A stretch of DNA of 55,085 nt, taken from assembly GCA_040752415.1 (NCBI GenBank), contig JBFMGU010000037.1:1-55085 (forward strand), given 5' to 3'. Position numbers and translations under genes: made by a program. This DNA is from Myxococcota bacterium. GTDB taxonomy: Bacteria > Myxococcota > JACRCW01. How positions within the stretch are numbered: position 1 is the stretch's first letter; every line of letters begins with the position of its first letter. A model generated the notes under the pieces. The model was not told the DNA's origin. It searched no databases and saw only the letters and a list, made by a program, of their open reading frames with translations. Positions 30,909 to 40,511 of the stretch are shown here, piece after piece.

Positions 30909-31622
30909 CTACCTCCACCCCTTCACGGCTTCATCAAGCGCTTCACCCGGATCCAACCTATCCAGCCCCGCTCGGATGCGCTGCAACGAAAACACTCCCG
31001 GAGCATCGTGACAGAACCGGTCCAACCGCTCCGAGTGTGCAAGCCAGTCTGCAGGCTTGTCGAATGCCTGGAGCGCGACGTGATCGGCCCCAAGGGATAG
31101 AACCTTGCCAACGGCGCCGAGCGATTCGGTGCCGAGCTCGGCAGCCGCCAGTCGCGGCCTGGAGACCACCGTCAACCAATAGACGCCAGGTAGGTATTTG
31201 GATGCATCTCGTCCAACCCAGTAAGAGATGTGTCTCCCAACCAGGCTCCGTTCGTAGCGGTTGCGGTGATGGTACTCCTCCGTCTCACAAGCGAACCCGA
31301 ACACGAGTCCGGTTTTCGAAAAGACCCCAAGCAGCGACATGGGGTCATCAGGCTTGAGCTTGCCGCGGCGAGGGTCGCCAAACAGCAGGTCCAAGCCTCC
31401 ACGGAACGGAACAAAGTCGTACTTCCACCGCCTGGCAAAAAGGGCGTGGCCTTGGGGATTCCTGGAACAGTATTCGCGGTAACTGCCCCACTCGTCCAGA
31501 GACCATCGCTTTCCGCGTTCCGCTGAAGCGTATTCCAACGGCGCCAATCCGCCCTGCATCTTTGCCATGGCTCGGACGGTCTCAAGAGCCATACCCTGCG
31601 GTAGATATGCACACACCATCAT
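30909..31622 (-). CDS. Putative immunity protein for the upstream RHS toxin
   Basis: Start overlaps the RHS stop (cgATGATG); 237 aa, cytoplasmic, same atypical composition. Confidence 0.7.
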   Translation of the reverse strand: MMVCAYLPQGMALETVRAMAKMQGGLAPLEYASAERGKRWSLDEWGSYREYCSRNPQGHALFARRWKYDFVPFRGGLDLLFGDPRRGKLKPDDPMSLLGVFSKTGLVFGFACETEEYHHRNRYERSLVGRHISYWVGRDASKYLPGVYWLTVVSRPRLAAAELGTESLGAVGKVLSLGADHVALQAFDKPADWLAHSERLDRFCHDAPGVFSLQRIRAGLDRLDPGEALDEAVKGWR

Positions 31623-34600
31623 CGGCGTGGCCCCAAGTCGTCGCGGCGCTCAATCTTGTCGAACAACCGCTGTGCGGTATTCGAGACCTCGGTGTTCGTC
31701 CCGGTGACCAGTACACTCTCCCGGCCGGAGTCCTTGGCCGCCTGTGTTTCAACACGGACCTGTTTGGTGGCTGTGACCTTCTTTGTGTCTTTTACCTCGA
31801 CAATCTGTTTTGAGTCCATGCCGTCGGGGACGGCGTTACCCTCACTGGTTGAGACCTTCTCCTTGTTCTTGGCCATCCCCTTGTCGGCAAGCACGCGGGA
31901 CTCTGACTTGCGTCCCCGTTCGGTTGCCTCCTTGAACGCCTTGCTCGCATCCGCCGTCTTGTCCGCCGTCCTCGTGGCATCCACAATCTCATCGGACTTG
32001 CTAACTACACTCTTGACCTCGTCACCGTGCTTCGCCGTAAATCGCAAGATTTTCGATGTTCCAGCGGGAACGCCCGGCACGACCATCGCGCCCGCGTCCA
32101 GGACAAGGTCCTGTTCGCCCTCTTCCACAAGCTGCTGGTTGTTCGTGTACGACCCGTATGCAATCTTTGCGACGTCGTATACGACGTTGAGAGCATCCCA
32201 GACGGTTTCAGCGGCGCGGCCACTGCGGTCCGTGTTCCCAATCGGGTTCAGGTTCGCGTACTGGTACGCATTGAGCCCAATGGGTCCTTGGGTCAGCCAC
32301 TCCGGCTCCGGCGACAACCACCGCTTCAGCGCAGGGTCGTAAACCCGCACACCGTAAGTGTAGTACCCGAAGACAGGGTCCCGCTCCTCCCCCACGTAGG
32401 CGTGGTCAGGAACCGCGGCGCCGACCTTCCGAATGACACCCCACCCGTCGTAGTCAACGGCCTCCACGCTCTGGGGCACAGCCTGCATGTCGGTTTCCGC
32501 GACAACGCTGCCGCGGATGTCGCTCATCACAAACCCGCTCTTCACGCCGCCGACCATGGACCCATCGGTCAGCGACACGGACTCCTCTATCGCCACCGTT
32601 CCGTTCACCGGCATGCGCCAGGTGAATACGCCGCCGGAATCGTCGGGCTTGATCTCACCGAGCTCCAAGAACGGAATCATCCGCGTGAGTGTCCCGATGG
32701 AGTTCACAGACCGACGAAGGACTCGACTCCCGTCAACATCGCACCAGTGCTTGGTGCTACTCGTTGTGCGGCTGATTTCCCTGAGGCAATTGCTGGCGTC
32801 CCACGTGTAATTGGTGGTGGAAACCCCGACCACGCTCTGGTCAACACGTCCTGCGGCGTCGTAATACAAGTCCCGTGGCGTGAATTGTCCCAGGGGGTTT
32901 TCAGGCTTGGCCGGCTCGATCCTGGTCACCGCGTGAGCCAGCGTCGGATCGTTGTATTCGTAAGACTCCCATTGACTCGAGCCGGTCGTACTCCCGTTAA
33001 GAATGTCCCCGCCGAGGGTGTACGTGAAGTTGTCGATGGTCGACCCATCGGGCGACTGGATAAGACGATCACGCCCATCGTATTTGTACGTCTTCGAAAT
33101 GAGGTTTCTGGTTCCTCCCGCGCCTGGGAAGTAACCATCCCTCAATTCGTCGAGAATGTTCCCGTTCTTGTCGCGATTCTTGTAGTCAAGCTTGATGAGC
33201 GACACGCGATTGGCGACGTAGTCGATGGTCGCCAGCTCCTGGGTTTGGGCGTGATACGTCCAAGTTGCTGTCAGTCCGCCAGATGCAAACGCCGCGGAAG
33301 TCATGTGGTTTGCCGCGTCGTAGGTGAATCCGTCGGCAAAACCCGGTGCGGTCGGGTTGTCGTTGTTGTACACACGCTTCAACTGTCCGCGGTCGTTGTA
33401 CTCGTACCGATAGTCCCCCAAGCTGAGTGGCGGTGGGGTTCCGCTCGGCGTTTCGATCCGCGCAGCCGTCAGCCTTCCCTGGACGTCATAGGTGAGTGAA
33501 GCGTCGAACTGGGATCGCGTTACCGTCGGCGTGGTCCAGTTGCTGGAGCCCACCAGAGTTACCGAGTTGATGAACCCGCGCGGGTCGTAGTTGTAGGACC
33601 AGGTGCCAGCCCCGTTCGTTGCCCTCGTGCGACGACCCTTGCCGTAACTGGCCGAAGAGGAGTCATAGCTCAGCGTTTGGATTTCGGTTCCAAGCGGCGA
33701 GCTCACTGTGCGCCGATATGGACGGCCCAGTTCGTCAACGGACAGCGTGACCTCTTCACCGACCGGATTGCGCTGATAGGTCATGGTGTCATCAGCGTCC
33801 CAGCACTGAGTCATCAGATTGCCCCGCACGGAGCGGTCGTGGCCAAGCGTGAAACGGTACATTCGTCCCGCGTTGTCGAACTGAACCTCCCTGATGGCTC
33901 CGTCCGGATCCACGAGCTGAACGGGTTGGCCCATGGAGTCTCGCAAGATGGTAGTCGTCGCATCTCCCTCGGTCGCCGTGCCGTACGTGGTGATGCGCGT
34001 CGTCTGTCCCTGCCAATCCACCTGCGTGTGCGTAGAGAACGTGGTTTCCGATGGAACCGCCAATGCGTTTCCCCTCGGGTTCACCATGATGGTGAGGCGG
34101 GGCTCATAGCGGTACGTCGTCAGACGTCCGGCAGCGGTGCCATCCGGCGTCCTCACCGACCGCTCCCGGCCGAGTACATCAAAGGCCTTCTCAATTCGCG
34201 GAGCGCTGCCGGACAACGGCACAAACTCCGGCAGGTACGTGTAGGCCTCATTGCCAAACGCGTCCCGTTTGAGTGCCTTGACCCGGGCCCGCCCTGCGGG
34301 GTCGTTTGGCCCGTATGACTGCTCGTAGACCTCGACTACACGGCCCTCGCCGTCGAGGTATGTCTCCCGTTGAACAGCGGTTGTTATCGCTGAGTTCGAG
34401 GACGTGGTCGCGAGAAGGTCAGTGACACGTGCAGGATAGGTATCGACGTACGTTGATTCTGACTTGCGGCGCCCGAGCGCGTCGTACTCACGCAACACAC
34501 GGCCAAATGGGTCCAGCGAGCTCTCGGTGCGCTGCCCGTTCGTGTCGATGCTGACGACGACGTTGCCGTTGCGCGGGTCGTACTGGGCATCGCTGGACAA

Positions 34601-37600
34601 CGTGATCGTCGATTTGATGACACCGTCCAGATAGTTGCTGACGGTCACGCTCCCGTTGGAACGATAGAGCTGATTCGAGTCATACCGGAGCACAAACCTG
34701 GCGCGCCCATTGTGCGCTCGGAACTCGGTGGGATGTCCCCAGGAATCGTAGAGCGCGTACTGGTTGGCGTCGTCGGCGTCGTGACCTCGTGCGACACATT
34801 CCGATGCGCCGATTCCCACCCGACGCATCTCCAAGGGCCTGCCAACAGAGTCGAATTTGGCCACGCTTCGCCGCATGAGAGCATCCGTCGTGCGGTTCCC
34901 GGAGATGTCATAGGAGGTCCCGAAAACGGCTTCCTCCAGAACGAGGCCCATAACCCACGTGCTTCCGAGCAAGCTCTTGAATGTGCGCTTCGTGCGTTTG
35001 CGGGCGTAGGTGTCGATGGTTCCTGTCGGAGCATCCCCTTCCAGGACCTCCGAGGCGTACCCATAGTCATCGAGATCCGAGTACGTGGTCAGCTTCCGAG
35101 CCAACTTCGTTCCCAATGAGTCCTCGGACAGAGACGACGACAATCGGATTCGGGCAACGTCTTGCCTGGTTGCATACGCAGCGACGGAGTAGGAATCGGT
35201 CTGAACGGACTTCCATCCATCCGGGGAGGTAACGGTTGTCGCCTTGACCACGCCGCGCAGCGGATAGGGCACCAACGTGCCCATATAGGCGGTCTGATAG
35301 AACTCCTGCGAGATCGTCAGGGGCTCTGTCGATTGGATGCCGTTCTGCGCATTATAGAAGCTGGCAGTGACCGTCTTGAACCCAACGTTCTCGTTGGCCT
35401 GCGCATCCTTGACATAGTCTTTGTAGGTGAACCTGATGACTTCCTGATCGTAGCAGAGCTGTTCACTTCCCGTGCAACTGGCGCTAGCGGGTCCGGCTCT
35501 TCTACGCACCTCTGACACCACCATCAGGCCAGCCGGCGCCAGCTTGCTATCAACAATCCCAGCAAGCTTCGCATCGCGGGAACCCGCAGCAACGTAGGCG
35601 ACCTCGGTTTCAGCGCCGCCGCTGTGAACCTCCTTGGTCAAAAGGTCTGGGACCGTATTGAGGTTGCGATACCAAAAGGCCTGCTTGTAGCAGACGTTGG
35701 TGTTCGGTTCTTGCTTGTACCCCGCGTCGCAACTCTCGGTCGGCTTCTTGACGTAATAGGCACCAGGGACGACGAAATCTTGCAGGCCGTCTCCATCCAT
35801 ATCCGCAAACCTACCCTCATCGGGCAGAACATAGTTGTAGTATTGTTGGTTGCTATGGAGAGAGGTGGCCGCTGCAAGCCCCAAGCGCGGCCCCGCCGAG
35901 TCCTGCGCGGGCAGCGCGCGCAGGTCGTCCAAGAGACTCGCCTGCGCCACAAATTTGTCGCCAACGTTGACGTAGCTCTCTGACTTCACCGGTCGGTTCG
36001 GATCGGCGATCCAGCCCACGATGATAGCGACATCGGGGCGACCATCAGCGTTCAAGTCGGTGAAGGCACCCAATTGCATGGGAGCGTGGATGAATGCGTT
36101 GTTTGTGTCGACGATCTTTTCAGGATCGTCAATCACACACTTGTATTCCACTGTTCTCTTGAGGAAGAAGGCCAATGGAGTGCCCGCGGCGGCCCAACCA
36201 GCTGCGCTTGCGAGGTTGGGAGCAGCAAATCGATAGCCTCGATTCAGGTAGACTGAGTGGCCCTCGTTCCCGTACCTCCGGTAGCCGTCGCATCCCCAAG
36301 GAGTACTGCCGGGTGGAAGACCAGGCGGGTTTGCTGCGATGAGGTCTGGCAGTGAGTCGCCGTTGAGGTCCATGAAGAACGCGTTGTAACTCGGGCCATA
36401 TTCGTACGTCGCTCCCTCGGGAGTCTCCCAGCCATACGAGAACCGCGTGCCAGGCCTCACCAAGAGGTCGCGCAGTGATTTCGTAAAATCACTAATAGCC
36501 TCTGGGTTCGCCGACCACTGCGACGCGTACTGAGCCAGGTATTCATGCTCATCGAGTTTCCACTGCGCATTCCCCTGCCCCAGGTAGGCGCGTGGCATGA
36601 ACTGAAACCTCGGCGCGAGGCCAGTGCCAATCTCGCGGTCCTGAACCTTCAGGAGGACGATGTCCGCCTTCCCGTCAGCGTTGACGTCAACAATGGGAGC
36701 ATTGAAGTCTCGCTGAGCGAGGATCTGGTACTCGCTGGGGTCATCCCACGGACGCTCCTTCGGAGCCACCACAGCGCGTACCGCATGCTTCACGACGCCA
36801 TCGGGCCATCCAGGGAGCAGCGCCGTGGGAATGTGCTCAGGTTGCGCAGCGGCCCGGTTGTAGTCACCCGAGACACGGTAGGACGTGGGCTGGACCTGAG
36901 GTTGGGTAACCTGGCCGGGTCCTGAATAGAGTTCCGAGTAGGGATCGAAGGAGCCATTGACGCGGAACGACGGGATGCCTTCGCTGAAGTGTTTCCCCGC
37001 GCATCCCGCAAGAAGCGCCATGCAGAGCTCGGTGAGTGCTGCTCCCGACAAGCTCTCCTTGGGAATTGTCGGAACTTCGGGCGGATTCGAAGGATTGATT
37101 CCCAGCTTCTGCAACACCAACGCGAGAGGAACAGCGACGAGGTCCGTCTCCATCTTGGGAATGCAGTCGTGCGCCTGGATGATAGGCAGGCCTTGACTTG
37201 AGAGCGGCGTGTAGGTCTGCCAGCCGGCGGGATCCCACTCTGCGAAGAGGCTGACCACTGACTGCTCCGTCATGTTGCAGTAGCTGGAGTCGCACATCGT
37301 GAAATCGACGTGTGCATACAGATCCAGCTTGGCTTTGCAGGATGGGTCCGCTTGGCAGGTGGAGATGAAACCGCTGACTCCAAACGCGCCGCACTGTTCA
37401 TAGAAGCTGTTCGAATAGCAGGGCTCGTCGCGACGGGGCGGAAGGAAATCCGTGCCAATGTCCGTGTGGTAGAAAATGGCGTCCGCAAGTCCATCGCCGT
37501 CGATGTCGGACAGGTCAGAGTAGACGGGCGGAACCTCATACACTTGCGTTGCAGACTCAGCGAAGAATCCCTGCGTTGAATAGTCGTTCGTGGTCCACTT

Positions 37601-39085
37601 GTTTGCTTCACCTCCACTCACGAGACCATTTTGGAGCCACGACTTGGTCATCGTGACGCCGACACCTGGCAGCGCATAGTCTTGCAGAAAGGTGGAGGCG
37701 GGGCTCGCCAGCCCAGCGGGGTGATACACCATGTCGGTAAGGCCGTCGCCGTTGATGTCCAGGAACCGCGTGCCTGCGCGGGTGTTCGGGGGAGTAACCA
37801 AGTCCTGCATCGTGAGGTGTTCGCTCCCTCCGCGCTCCATCTGGCTATACGCGTACGGGGGCAACTCCTTCGAAGTTGGGTCGAACTTGATTGGCTGAAC
37901 TGCGCCGCTCTTCAGATTGTTTTGGTAGGAGAAGGTCCAAGACCGCGACTGGGCGCCCGTCCCGTATGCTGTCTGGGTGACGTTGACCAACCATTCCCTA
38001 CTGGTTTCCGCGCTTTTCTCCTGGGTAAGCGAATACTTCCAGTAGACGAGCTTCCCTGCACAGGCGGTGTCGCCGCTGAGCCCGTAGCTGAACGTAGGCT
38101 CATACGTGGGTGCCGGCCCTTGGGGACCGCAAACCTTCACATCGAGAATGCGGTTGGCATACTGCACGTGTCCGTTCAGGTAATCCGTCGGCGCGTTGGT
38201 GACCTTTGTCCGAGAAACGACCAGCGAGAAGATATGCGCGGTACCACCGTTGCGGTTGCCGCCCCACTCGACCTTTTGCAGCATTGGGGCGTCTTGCAGG
38301 GTGGTTTTGTCAGCCCGGTTCTCGCCACTTGCCTCGGTGAAGTATGTGTATTCAACGGTGTTGCCGTTGACGTCAACCTCACGAGCCAGGTGCCACGCAA
38401 ACGTTCCAAGCTCGTTGACAACAGTGGCGCCGAACGTCGTGTCGATCTTCCCGTAGTAGCGCTTTACTCCATTGGTTGCGTGCTCGACCCAGTAATTGCC
38501 CGTTGGATCGAATTCGAATCGGACAGGAGTCATCTCCCGAACCGGCGCATAGAAGATCTGCGACCCGGTGATTGACGTGGGGACCTGAATGGACGGTCCT
38601 TGCCACAGCAACATCTCACCTGCTGGCCCGACGAATGTCGCCTTGTCGGAGTCGTAGACGAGAGCGCCATTGGTAAGCCGCTTCAACGGCGGATGTCCCT
38701 TTGAGGTCGAGTAGCTGATTGAAGGCGGGGCAAAAGACCAGCCAGCGCCCGTGAATGCTTGGCGCCTGAAGTTGCCGCTGTCGTAGGAGAGGGCCAAAGA
38801 GGGCGTCATTCCAAGGCGGCCGGGTGGAACGGCAATTGGAATGGAGGTCTGGTAGCTTCCTGACGCTGAGACGGGAGACTTACGAGTCTTGATCGCCGTC
38901 TTCTGGTTTGATTCCGTTGCGCTGGAACCAGTGGAAACCGTCACGTCCGTGAAATTGAACGTGTTTTGCGGTTGAGCCGTCTCCGTCGCCGCGCGGACCG
39001 GCATGACGAGGACCGGCTGGAGAGCGAAAAGAGTTGCGAGTGCGGACGCGAGTTGACGCGAGGACGCTGGGACTGACCTGCCCAT
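31619..39085 (-). CDS. SpvB/TcB - FG-GAP - YD/RHS repeat polymorphic toxin with C-terminal PD-(D/E)xK (Tox-REase-7-like) nuclease
   Basis: Sec signal peptide (...MPVRA); IPIAVPPGRLGMTPSLALSYDS; DxNGDGxxD repeats; YD repeats; RHS core RVYDPALKRWLSPEP...NAYQYANLNPIGNTDRSG; tip AVPDG...IVEVKD...TKQVR; GGAG SD before ATG 39085. Confidence 0.9.
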   Translation of the reverse strand: MGRSVPASSRQLASALATLFALQPVLVMPVRAATETAQPQNTFNFTDVTVSTGSSATESNQKTAIKTRKSPVSASGSYQTSIPIAVPPGRLGMTPSLALSYDSGNFRRQAFTGAGWSFAPPSISYSTSKGHPPLKRLTNGALVYDSDKATFVGPAGEMLLWQGPSIQVPTSITGSQIFYAPVREMTPVRFEFDPTGNYWVEHATNGVKRYYGKIDTTFGATVVNELGTFAWHLAREVDVNGNTVEYTYFTEASGENRADKTTLQDAPMLQKVEWGGNRNGGTAHIFSLVVSRTKVTNAPTDYLNGHVQYANRILDVKVCGPQGPAPTYEPTFSYGLSGDTACAGKLVYWKYSLTQEKSAETSREWLVNVTQTAYGTGAQSRSWTFSYQNNLKSGAVQPIKFDPTSKELPPYAYSQMERGGSEHLTMQDLVTPPNTRAGTRFLDINGDGLTDMVYHPAGLASPASTFLQDYALPGVGVTMTKSWLQNGLVSGGEANKWTTNDYSTQGFFAESATQVYEVPPVYSDLSDIDGDGLADAIFYHTDIGTDFLPPRRDEPCYSNSFYEQCGAFGVSGFISTCQADPSCKAKLDLYAHVDFTMCDSSYCNMTEQSVVSLFAEWDPAGWQTYTPLSSQGLPIIQAHDCIPKMETDLVAVPLALVLQKLGINPSNPPEVPTIPKESLSGAALTELCMALLAGCAGKHFSEGIPSFRVNGSFDPYSELYSGPGQVTQPQVQPTSYRVSGDYNRAAAQPEHIPTALLPGWPDGVVKHAVRAVVAPKERPWDDPSEYQILAQRDFNAPIVDVNADGKADIVLLKVQDREIGTGLAPRFQFMPRAYLGQGNAQWKLDEHEYLAQYASQWSANPEAISDFTKSLRDLLVRPGTRFSYGWETPEGATYEYGPSYNAFFMDLNGDSLPDLIAANPPGLPPGSTPWGCDGYRRYGNEGHSVYLNRGYRFAAPNLASAAGWAAAGTPLAFFLKRTVEYKCVIDDPEKIVDTNNAFIHAPMQLGAFTDLNADGRPDVAIIVGWIADPNRPVKSESYVNVGDKFVAQASLLDDLRALPAQDSAGPRLGLAAATSLHSNQQYYNYVLPDEGRFADMDGDGLQDFVVPGAYYVKKPTESCDAGYKQEPNTNVCYKQAFWYRNLNTVPDLLTKEVHSGGAETEVAYVAAGSRDAKLAGIVDSKLAPAGLMVVSEVRRRAGPASASCTGSEQLCYDQEVIRFTYKDYVKDAQANENVGFKTVTASFYNAQNGIQSTEPLTISQEFYQTAYMGTLVPYPLRGVVKATTVTSPDGWKSVQTDSYSVAAYATRQDVARIRLSSSLSEDSLGTKLARKLTTYSDLDDYGYASEVLEGDAPTGTIDTYARKRTKRTFKSLLGSTWVMGLVLEEAVFGTSYDISGNRTTDALMRRSVAKFDSVGRPLEMRRVGIGASECVARGHDADDANQYALYDSWGHPTEFRAHNGRARFVLRYDSNQLYRSNGSVTVSNYLDGVIKSTITLSSDAQYDPRNGNVVVSIDTNGQRTESSLDPFGRVLREYDALGRRKSESTYVDTYPARVTDLLATTSSNSAITTAVQRETYLDGEGRVVEVYEQSYGPNDPAGRARVKALKRDAFGNEAYTYLPEFVPLSGSAPRIEKAFDVLGRERSVRTPDGTAAGRLTTYRYEPRLTIMVNPRGNALAVPSETTFSTHTQVDWQGQTTRITTYGTATEGDATTTILRDSMGQPVQLVDPDGAIREVQFDNAGRMYRFTLGHDRSVRGNLMTQCWDADDTMTYQRNPVGEEVTLSVDELGRPYRRTVSSPLGTEIQTLSYDSSSASYGKGRRTRATNGAGTWSYNYDPRGFINSVTLVGSSNWTTPTVTRSQFDASLTYDVQGRLTAARIETPSGTPPPLSLGDYRYEYNDRGQLKRVYNNDNPTAPGFADGFTYDAANHMTSAAFASGGLTATWTYHAQTQELATIDYVANRVSLIKLDYKNRDKNGNILDELRDGYFPGAGGTRNLISKTYKYDGRDRLIQSPDGSTIDNFTYTLGGDILNGSTTGSSQWESYEYNDPTLAHAVTRIEPAKPENPLGQFTPRDLYYDAAGRVDQSVVGVSTTNYTWDASNCLREISRTTSSTKHWCDVDGSRVLRRSVNSIGTLTRMIPFLELGEIKPDDSGGVFTWRMPVNGTVAIEESVSLTDGSMVGGVKSGFVMSDIRGSVVAETDMQAVPQSVEAVDYDGWGVIRKVGAAVPDHAYVGEERDPVFGYYTYGVRVYDPALKRWLSPEPEWLTQGPIGLNAYQYANLNPIGNTDRSGRAAETVWDALNVVYDVAKIAYGSYTNNQQLVEEGEQDLVLDAGAMVVPGVPAGTSKILRFTAKHGDEVKSVVSKSDEIVDATRTADKTADASKAFKEATERGRKSESRVLADKGMAKNKEKVSTSEGNAVPDGMDSKQIVEVKDTKKVTATKQVRVETQAAKDSGRESVLVTGTNTEVSNTAQRLFDKIERRDDLGPRR

Positions 39086-39733
39086 GTGGATCTCCGTGTG
39101 AAGCGGCGACCAGGATTCTGCTTCCGGCCACACGAGCAGCATGCTTACCGCTTGCACGGGCCAGCCATCAAGGACTTCTTTGGGGATAGGGAAACCCTGG
39201 ATCGCGCCAGGACGCGTCTCCTAATCGATAGTCAGATTGGGCGCACGGTATGCGCAGTGCCCAAAGACGCAGCGACGCAACTGCGCAGATCTTCGCAAGA
39301 ACCGGGTGCGTGGCACCCCTTCGCCTGAGTGTCAACGCAACTTAGGTTGCGGTGGCCACGGGCCGTGTCTTGCCGCTCACGAGTCGCTCACCGCGTTGGA
39401 TTGCGGGGTGGTCGGCGCGAGTCCCTTGGTCGCCCCATCCTTGGGGCGCCCCAATGGGTTTCCGGCACTCCTGCTCCCTGCCCAGACCGTTCGCTCTCGT
39501 CCTTGGTGCGCACGTTGGTAGACCTGCATGGCCGAGATCACTCGCCAGACGGGAGGCTCGGCATGGGCTGCGCGAAACTCCTTGAGGGCTGCTCACGGAA
39601 CCGATCTGGAGTTGTGCGCGGATGTGGCCTTCGTTCCCCTTCGCCACTCACCTGACTGGGTGTCGTACCCCAGCCGTACCCCCCTCCGCTCGAGGGGCCC
39701 ATGACCATCTAGCCTGGCTCTAAGCCTAGCTAG

Positions 39734-39815
39734 CTGTACACCTCGGATGACAACGACATGATGCGGCTGCGAGCCCGCTTCCCCGGGGTCCGTGTGCTTT
39801 TGCGTCGGCGCGTAG
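39734..39815 (+). pseudogene. 3' remnant of PIN/VapC-family toxin gene
   Basis: LYTSDDNDMMRLRARFPGVRVL after an in-frame TAG; removing one T at 39800 gives ...VLCVGA-TAG. Resembles the recalled 'VYTSDxxDLxRLxxHFPxVRVL' PIN C-terminus. Confidence 0.55.
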
Positions 39816-39824
39816 ACGGCCCGC

Positions 39825-40511
39825 TCATGAACCTGGCGGCGCGCTCGGCGGGCCCAGGCGCACCACCACCGGCGCGGTGGGATCCATGATGCGCTCCCAG
39901 TGCGGGCTGTCCAGCACCAGCCAGCTCTCCACCACGTTGGGCCGCACCTCCACGTAGAGCGCGGGGTCCAGCGTCTCCCCGCTGGCGGGCAGGCTCACCT
40001 CCGCCACCGTGTTCTCCGCCACCCCCAGCTTGCGCGCCACGCCCACCGGCAGCACGAGGCGCACGCCGGCGCGGAAGACTCCGTCGGGGATCACCAGTGC
40101 GCCCTTGGGACCGCTCAGCGCCACGCCCGCGCCCTCCCCGTGACCGCGCGCCGGCGCGTTGCGGATGTCCAGCGTGGTCAGCGCGCTCTGCGGCAGGTGG
40201 ATGCGCGTCACGGGCGAGGGTGAGGCGCACACCCGCACCTTCACTTCGCGTCGGGGGCCCGCGGAGAGCGTCACCCGCTCCAGGTGCAGCGGCTCCCCCA
40301 GCAGGCCCGGGCTGGCCACGGTGAGTCGGTGCCCCGCGCCAAACAGCTGCTCCAGGTGGGCCTGGCTGAGCACCACCCGCGGCGCGGCGCGCATGGCGCG
40401 GACGGTGAGCGTGCGCGCGGAGCCGTAGGCGCGCCGCGGCGCCGACGAGACCTCCGCGTCCCGTCGGGCGTCCAGCACCGCCTCACGCATCTCCTCCGCC
40501 GTGCGCGTCAT
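39825..40511 (-). CDS. Divergent PduL (phosphate propanoyltransferase)-like protein lacking the HxH motifs
   Basis: LSQAHLEQLFGAGHRLT, ERVTL, LSGPKGALVIPDGV, ARKLGV follow the PduL pattern; RVVLS/RLVLP replace RH(I/V)HLS/RHIHM. Confidence 0.65.
   Translation of the reverse strand: MTRTAEEMREAVLDARRDAEVSSAPRRAYGSARTLTVRAMRAAPRVVLSQAHLEQLFGAGHRLTVASPGLLGEPLHLERVTLSAGPRREVKVRVCASPSPVTRIHLPQSALTTLDIRNAPARGHGEGAGVALSGPKGALVIPDGVFRAGVRLVLPVGVARKLGVAENTVAEVSLPASGETLDPALYVEVRPNVVESWLVLDSPHWERIMDPTAPVVVRLGPPSAPPGS

Larger units (their letters stand above)
23530..39730. mobile_element. Accessory/genomic island (~16 kb), no integrase seen
   Basis: Visibly lower GC3 in most genes; conflict-system cargo; bounded by N- and C-terminal PIN gene remnants; boundaries approximate. 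Confidence 0.55.

Noticed and set aside
23322..39824. Prophage, ICE or IS identity for the island; tRNA attachment site
   Set aside because: No integrase, transposase, phage structural gene, tRNA or clear flanking direct repeat recognised
39730..39828. 32-aa minus-strand ORF (MSGPSTRRRK...MSLSSEVYS) coupled by ATGA to the PduL-like gene; considered as an interrupted comM-like 5' end
   Set aside because: No continuation found at the other island end; the opposite strand is better explained as a PIN C-terminal remnant
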